44,839 bases of DNA. It comes from Paludibacteraceae bacterium. Lineage in GTDB: Bacteria; Bacteroidota; Bacteroidia; Bacteroidales; Paludibacteraceae. Within the stretch, counting starts at the first letter, position 1; every line of letters starts with the position of its first letter. The notes under the pieces are model-generated. The model worked only from the letters and a program-made list of their open reading frames with translations. It had not been told where the DNA came from and did not search any database. Made by a program: the position numbers and the translations under genes. Location of the stretch: contig JAFUXZ010000135.1 in assembly GCA_017470795.1 (NCBI GenBank), forward strand, positions 1-44,839. The letters run 5' to 3'. This document shows positions 41,872 through 44,839 of the stretch, in pieces.

Positions 41872-42135
41872 CTACCAGTCCCTCGGGATGATCCCGACGG
41901 CCTTCCTGCGCCCGCCTCCAGCGAGCTCTGCCTCCAGCTCTTCCAGCTTCTTCGTGAGCCGGTCGATCATGTCTTGGATGTTCTTCAGGGAGATCTGTCT
42001 GCGCTGAAGGCTTCGGGATCCGATTGTGTACTGCTGCACGTCCTCGTTCAGGATCTCCGCCTCTTTGCCGATGTAGTAGTCGAGGCGGGTGCGAGTCAGC
42101 TCAATCTCCCGCTCTATCGTTTCTTTTGTTCTCAT
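41872..42135 (-). CDS. Head-tail joining protein, lambda gpW-like
   Basis: Trimmed to the ATG at 42135 after AAGGAG. 87 aa, helical, located between terL and the portal gene. Confidence 0.55.
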   Translation of the reverse strand: MRTKETIEREIELTRTRLDYYIGKEAEILNEDVQQYTIGSRSLQRRQISLKNIQDMIDRLTKKLEELEAELAGGGRRKAVGIIPRDW

Positions 42136-42146
42136 AGCTGATCTCC

Positions 42147-44072
42147 TTACCAGTCTTCGGTTTGTGATGTTCTTGACCTCTTCGGTCGCTGCGGCCATCG
42201 TGGCTGCTCGACTCTGTCGTCGATGCCTTTCAGCCGCTTCTCGACCATGAAGGTGTCCGGGTTGATGATCCGGAAGCCTGCGTTCGCATAGTTCCGGCAG
42301 TCGAGGGCCTCATTGCGGTTGTGGCCCGGGATCTTGACCCAGCGCCAGACGTTCCCGCGCTTGGTCTGTGTCAGCTCCAGCTTCTCGGACAGCAGGCCGC
42401 TGAAGTAGTACGTGTCATAGCCTCGCGACTCGTCGAGAGGGAAGTGGCAGTACTTCGGCCCGGGTTCCTGCACCTTCAGGGCACTCATGATCGACTCCTT
42501 GCCAGCGTCCACGCCGAGGGTGTAGAGCCAGCAGGTTATCTTCTTGTTGTCCTTGACCGGCACCTTTGACGGCGGTGTCACGAGCGGGATCCCGTCGCCG
42601 CCCTTGCCTTTGATCGCGAACACGCGGCGGTTCTTGCGTTCCCGGCAGCGCGCATACACTTCCTGAGTGTAGTGGCCGCCGGAGTCCACGCAGGTGATCG
42701 AGATCCGGAGGCCCTTGCCGTCCGCGAAGCGGTAGACGTGGCCCACGACGTCGTCAAGCTGCTGCCAGACTTCGTCGGTGTCCGGTTTCCCCATGATATA
42801 TCCCTTCTGGATCCCCCACGTCTCGCCGTAGTGGCCGTGGCCGACGACCTCGTACTCCAGACGGTTGTCCTGAGTATCGACGCCGCAGGTGAGCACAAGC
42901 ACGCCCTCCGGCAGCTCGATCGGCGTCCCGTCTTCCCGGTGACCGTAGTCCTCGCGCCTTGCGAGCATGGTGTCCTCGTCCTCGATGCCTCCGCGATCTT
43001 CCCAGAGCTCGCCGAGCAACGTGTTGTAGACGACCTTCAGTTTCTCCGGATCGTGCCGGTTGTCGAGGAACTCGAGCACGATCTTCTCCCACGGTGTCCA
43101 TGGTGAGCTGAAGGCGTTCAGCCAGAACGAGCGCACGCCCGTCCGCTCGACTGCGTCCGGATCCTCCGCGATCCACTTGGCGGGCTGCCTGCGCATGGTT
43201 TCCTCCGGTATGAGGCAGCCGCAGTGCGGGCAGGCCCACGTGATCGGGCCGGTTATTGTGTAGACCTTCTTGCCGCGTTGCTTCTTCGTCTCGAAGTCGA
43301 AGTGCACGCGATCGAAGATGATCTCGCCGTATTCTCCGCACTCAGGGCACTGGTGGCACCAGCGTTCCTGCGTGCCTTGGTAGTAGGCCGTCTCGATGTT
43401 CGAGGCGCCCTTGATCGTTGGCGTCGATACTTCGACGGCTTTTTTGTTGTAAAAGGTCGACTGCCTCGCTTCGGCCAGCTTCCACGGGTCGCCCTCTGTA
43501 CCTGCGCTCACCGCCCAGCGGTCTCGCTCGTCGCCGATCACGTAACGCGCCGGGGTCGACGCCAGTGCCGAGGCGCTGTTGGATCCGGTGATCGTGAGCA
43601 TGCCGCCCGGGAAGGACTTCTGCAGGATCGTGTTCCCGCTGTCCTTCGCCTTGACGTCTGCGACTTTCGACTTTAATCTGCTGCAGTCTCTAATCATCGG
43701 AGACACACGCAGCCTCGAGAACTTTCGCGCGTCCTCGAGCGTCGGGTGCACGTATAGGATCGAGCCGGGATCTTGGTCGATGATATAGGCGATCACGTTC
43801 AGCTCGAACTCAGATTTTCCGACCTGAGACGCTGCGACCATGACCTCCTTGCGTACCTTTGGATCCGTGAAGGCTGCCATCGGTTCTTCGAGGTACGGCG
43901 TGCGGCTTGTACGCCACGGCCCCGCCTCCGCTGAGTTCTCAGGTGACAAGCGGCGATATTTGTCAGCCCACTCTGCGACTGTTAATTCCTCCGGCGGTCT
44001 GAATTGCCGGACGGCGGGAGCTATGGCCTTATTGAGCTTGCGGGTGGCCTTCTTACTCGTCCTCGTCTTCAT
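42147..44072 (-). CDS. terL: Terminase large subunit, lambda GpA family
   Basis: Walker A-like motif AASQVGKSE. Zinc-ribbon motifs CPECGEYG...CPHCG. The ATG at 44072 is preferred over 44153 because of an upstream GGAG and only a small overlap with terS. Confidence 0.85.
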   Translation of the reverse strand: MKTRTSKKATRKLNKAIAPAVRQFRPPEELTVAEWADKYRRLSPENSAEAGPWRTSRTPYLEEPMAAFTDPKVRKEVMVAASQVGKSEFELNVIAYIIDQDPGSILYVHPTLEDARKFSRLRVSPMIRDCSRLKSKVADVKAKDSGNTILQKSFPGGMLTITGSNSASALASTPARYVIGDERDRWAVSAGTEGDPWKLAEARQSTFYNKKAVEVSTPTIKGASNIETAYYQGTQERWCHQCPECGEYGEIIFDRVHFDFETKKQRGKKVYTITGPITWACPHCGCLIPEETMRRQPAKWIAEDPDAVERTGVRSFWLNAFSSPWTPWEKIVLEFLDNRHDPEKLKVVYNTLLGELWEDRGGIEDEDTMLARREDYGHREDGTPIELPEGVLVLTCGVDTQDNRLEYEVVGHGHYGETWGIQKGYIMGKPDTDEVWQQLDDVVGHVYRFADGKGLRISITCVDSGGHYTQEVYARCRERKNRRVFAIKGKGGDGIPLVTPPSKVPVKDNKKITCWLYTLGVDAGKESIMSALKVQEPGPKYCHFPLDESRGYDTYYFSGLLSEKLELTQTKRGNVWRWVKIPGHNRNEALDCRNYANAGFRIINPDTFMVEKRLKGIDDRVEQPRWPQRPKRSRTSQTEDW

Positions 44073-44622
44073 CAGAGAGGGCTCCGAAGCCCTGACGATC
44101 CTTGACCCGCCGCTGGTACTTTTCCGGATCGTACTTGTAACCCGCGAGCTCATTAAGGATCTTGTGACATTCTGCGAGTATTATGGACGATGCCTCGCTC
44201 GCGTTTGCTGCCTTTGTGACGTCCACTGCCAGACGTCCGGGCAGTGCGAGGATCAAGCTCCGGATCGTGTAGACGAGGTCTTCTGTCATGGCCTCGACGT
44301 CTTCGCTCCGGTGCATTTTCCCCTCCAGCTCCTTGAGCTGCATTTCTGCGATTTTGTCTTTGCTTTGTTTGATGTTGGCCTCCGCCCTGAGCTTGTCGTA
44401 CTCCGCTGTGGAGTACTCTTCGCCCTTGTCCTTGTTGGCCAGCCGGTCATTCAGGTACCGGATGTAGGCTTGGATCGTCGGGAGTAGGTCGAACTTATAC
44501 GGCCGCTTCCCAGCGACCGGCAGCACGCCGTCCTTCGCGAGCTGCTGCACACGGCGCTCAGTGAGGCCGAAGAGCTTGGCGATCACTGGCGTCTCTTGTA
44601 GGTTTTGTTTCGTTTCGGCCAT
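44053..44622 (-). CDS. terS: Terminase small subunit
   Basis: Trimmed to the ATG at 44622 after AGGAGG. The N-terminal HTH is LFGLTERRVQQLAKDGVLP. It lies immediately upstream of terL. Confidence 0.7.
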   Translation of the reverse strand: MAETKQNLQETPVIAKLFGLTERRVQQLAKDGVLPVAGKRPYKFDLLPTIQAYIRYLNDRLANKDKGEEYSTAEYDKLRAEANIKQSKDKIAEMQLKELEGKMHRSEDVEAMTEDLVYTIRSLILALPGRLAVDVTKAANASEASSIILAECHKILNELAGYKYDPEKYQRRVKDRQGFGALSDEDEDE

Positions 44623-44734
44623 GATCGCCTCCTTCGTTTTTTTTCGACAGGCCATTTCGTTTGAGGCCGTTTTCCTGCACATATTCAAAACGACGCCCAG
44701 AAGGCGCCGTTCCTTTGAATTTTCGCCACTTTGC

Positions 44735-44775
44735 GCGCGTCCGTCGGTTGACCGCAGGTTGACCTTCGGTCGACC
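44735..44775 (+). repeat. cosB-like array: GCGCGTCC, GGTTGACC, GGTTGACC and GGTCGACC at exact 11-bp phase
   Basis: Units start at 44735, 44746, 44757 and 44768. The array lies between the genome end and the terS start. Confidence 0.8.
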
Positions 44776-44828
44776 AAACGAAACGAAAAGGCCTGAAAAA
44801 AGATTTTCAAGTCTGGCGAAGTTTTGGG

Positions 44829-44839
44829 CTCGCCAGCAC
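44829..44839. repeat. Terminal direct repeat, right copy (CTCGCCAGCAC)
   Basis: Identical to 1..11. Confidence 0.9.

Larger units (their letters stand above)
1..44839 (-). mobile_element. Complete temperate phage genome, contractile-tail type: lambda-like packaging/head, P2/PBSX-like tail, DGR, lysis, lysogeny and replication modules
   Basis: A full, ordered set of phage modules is on one strand. An 11-bp identical sequence sits at both window ends. No flanking bacterial genes are present. Confidence 0.85.

Noticed and set aside
1-44839. tRNA, rRNA or tmRNA genes.
   Set aside because: I saw no cloverleaf-like GC-rich 70-90-nt islands in the few intergenic gaps. This cannot be fully excluded without tRNAscan.

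Overview
The window looks like one complete, linear, temperate phage genome of about 44.8 kb with a contractile tail. An identical 11-bp sequence (CTCGCCAGCAC) sits at both ends. Nearly all genes are on the minus strand with strong AGGAGG-type ribosome-binding sites (RBS) and many ATGA/TAATG coupled junctions. Read on the minus strand from 44839 down, the order is:
- cos-proximal phased repeats
- terS, lambda GpA-type terL, and a gpW-like gene
- lambda-type portal, S49/ClpP prohead protease, gpD-like decoration protein and gpE-like major capsid
- neck genes, sheath, tube, chaperone and tape measure
- P2/PBSX-like baseplate (X, D, V, W, J, I) and fibre genes
- a complete diversity-generating retroelement (DGR)
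- two holins and two large lysins
- large serine integrase and XRE repressor, the only plus-strand genes
- an operator/promoter switch and early genes
- SSB, an SPP1-like replisome organizer and a G39P-like loader, RecU, HNH
- a ParB-N6-adenine methyltransferase fusion, a late regulator and a gpZ-like gene

The standout is the DGR, arranged as target gene, avd, template repeat (TR), then reverse transcriptase (RT). The 115-bp TR and the variable region (VR) differ at 17 positions, and every one is a TR adenine. The VR lies at the C-terminus of a C-type-lectin/FGE-like protein at the distal end of the tail-fibre module.

Secondary signals:
- four clusters of 11-bp-phased GGTCGTCC-type iterons, including a 28-bp identical copy 10.5 kb away from the replication gene
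- cosB-like phased repeats next to the genome end
- a tidy divergent-promoter and palindromic-operator switch
- apparent GATC enrichment alongside a phage-encoded adenine methylase

All functional calls come from reading the translated ORFs and from remembered family motifs. No database search was run. The modules and roughly 55-60% GC suggest a high-GC Firmicute host, but that is inference.
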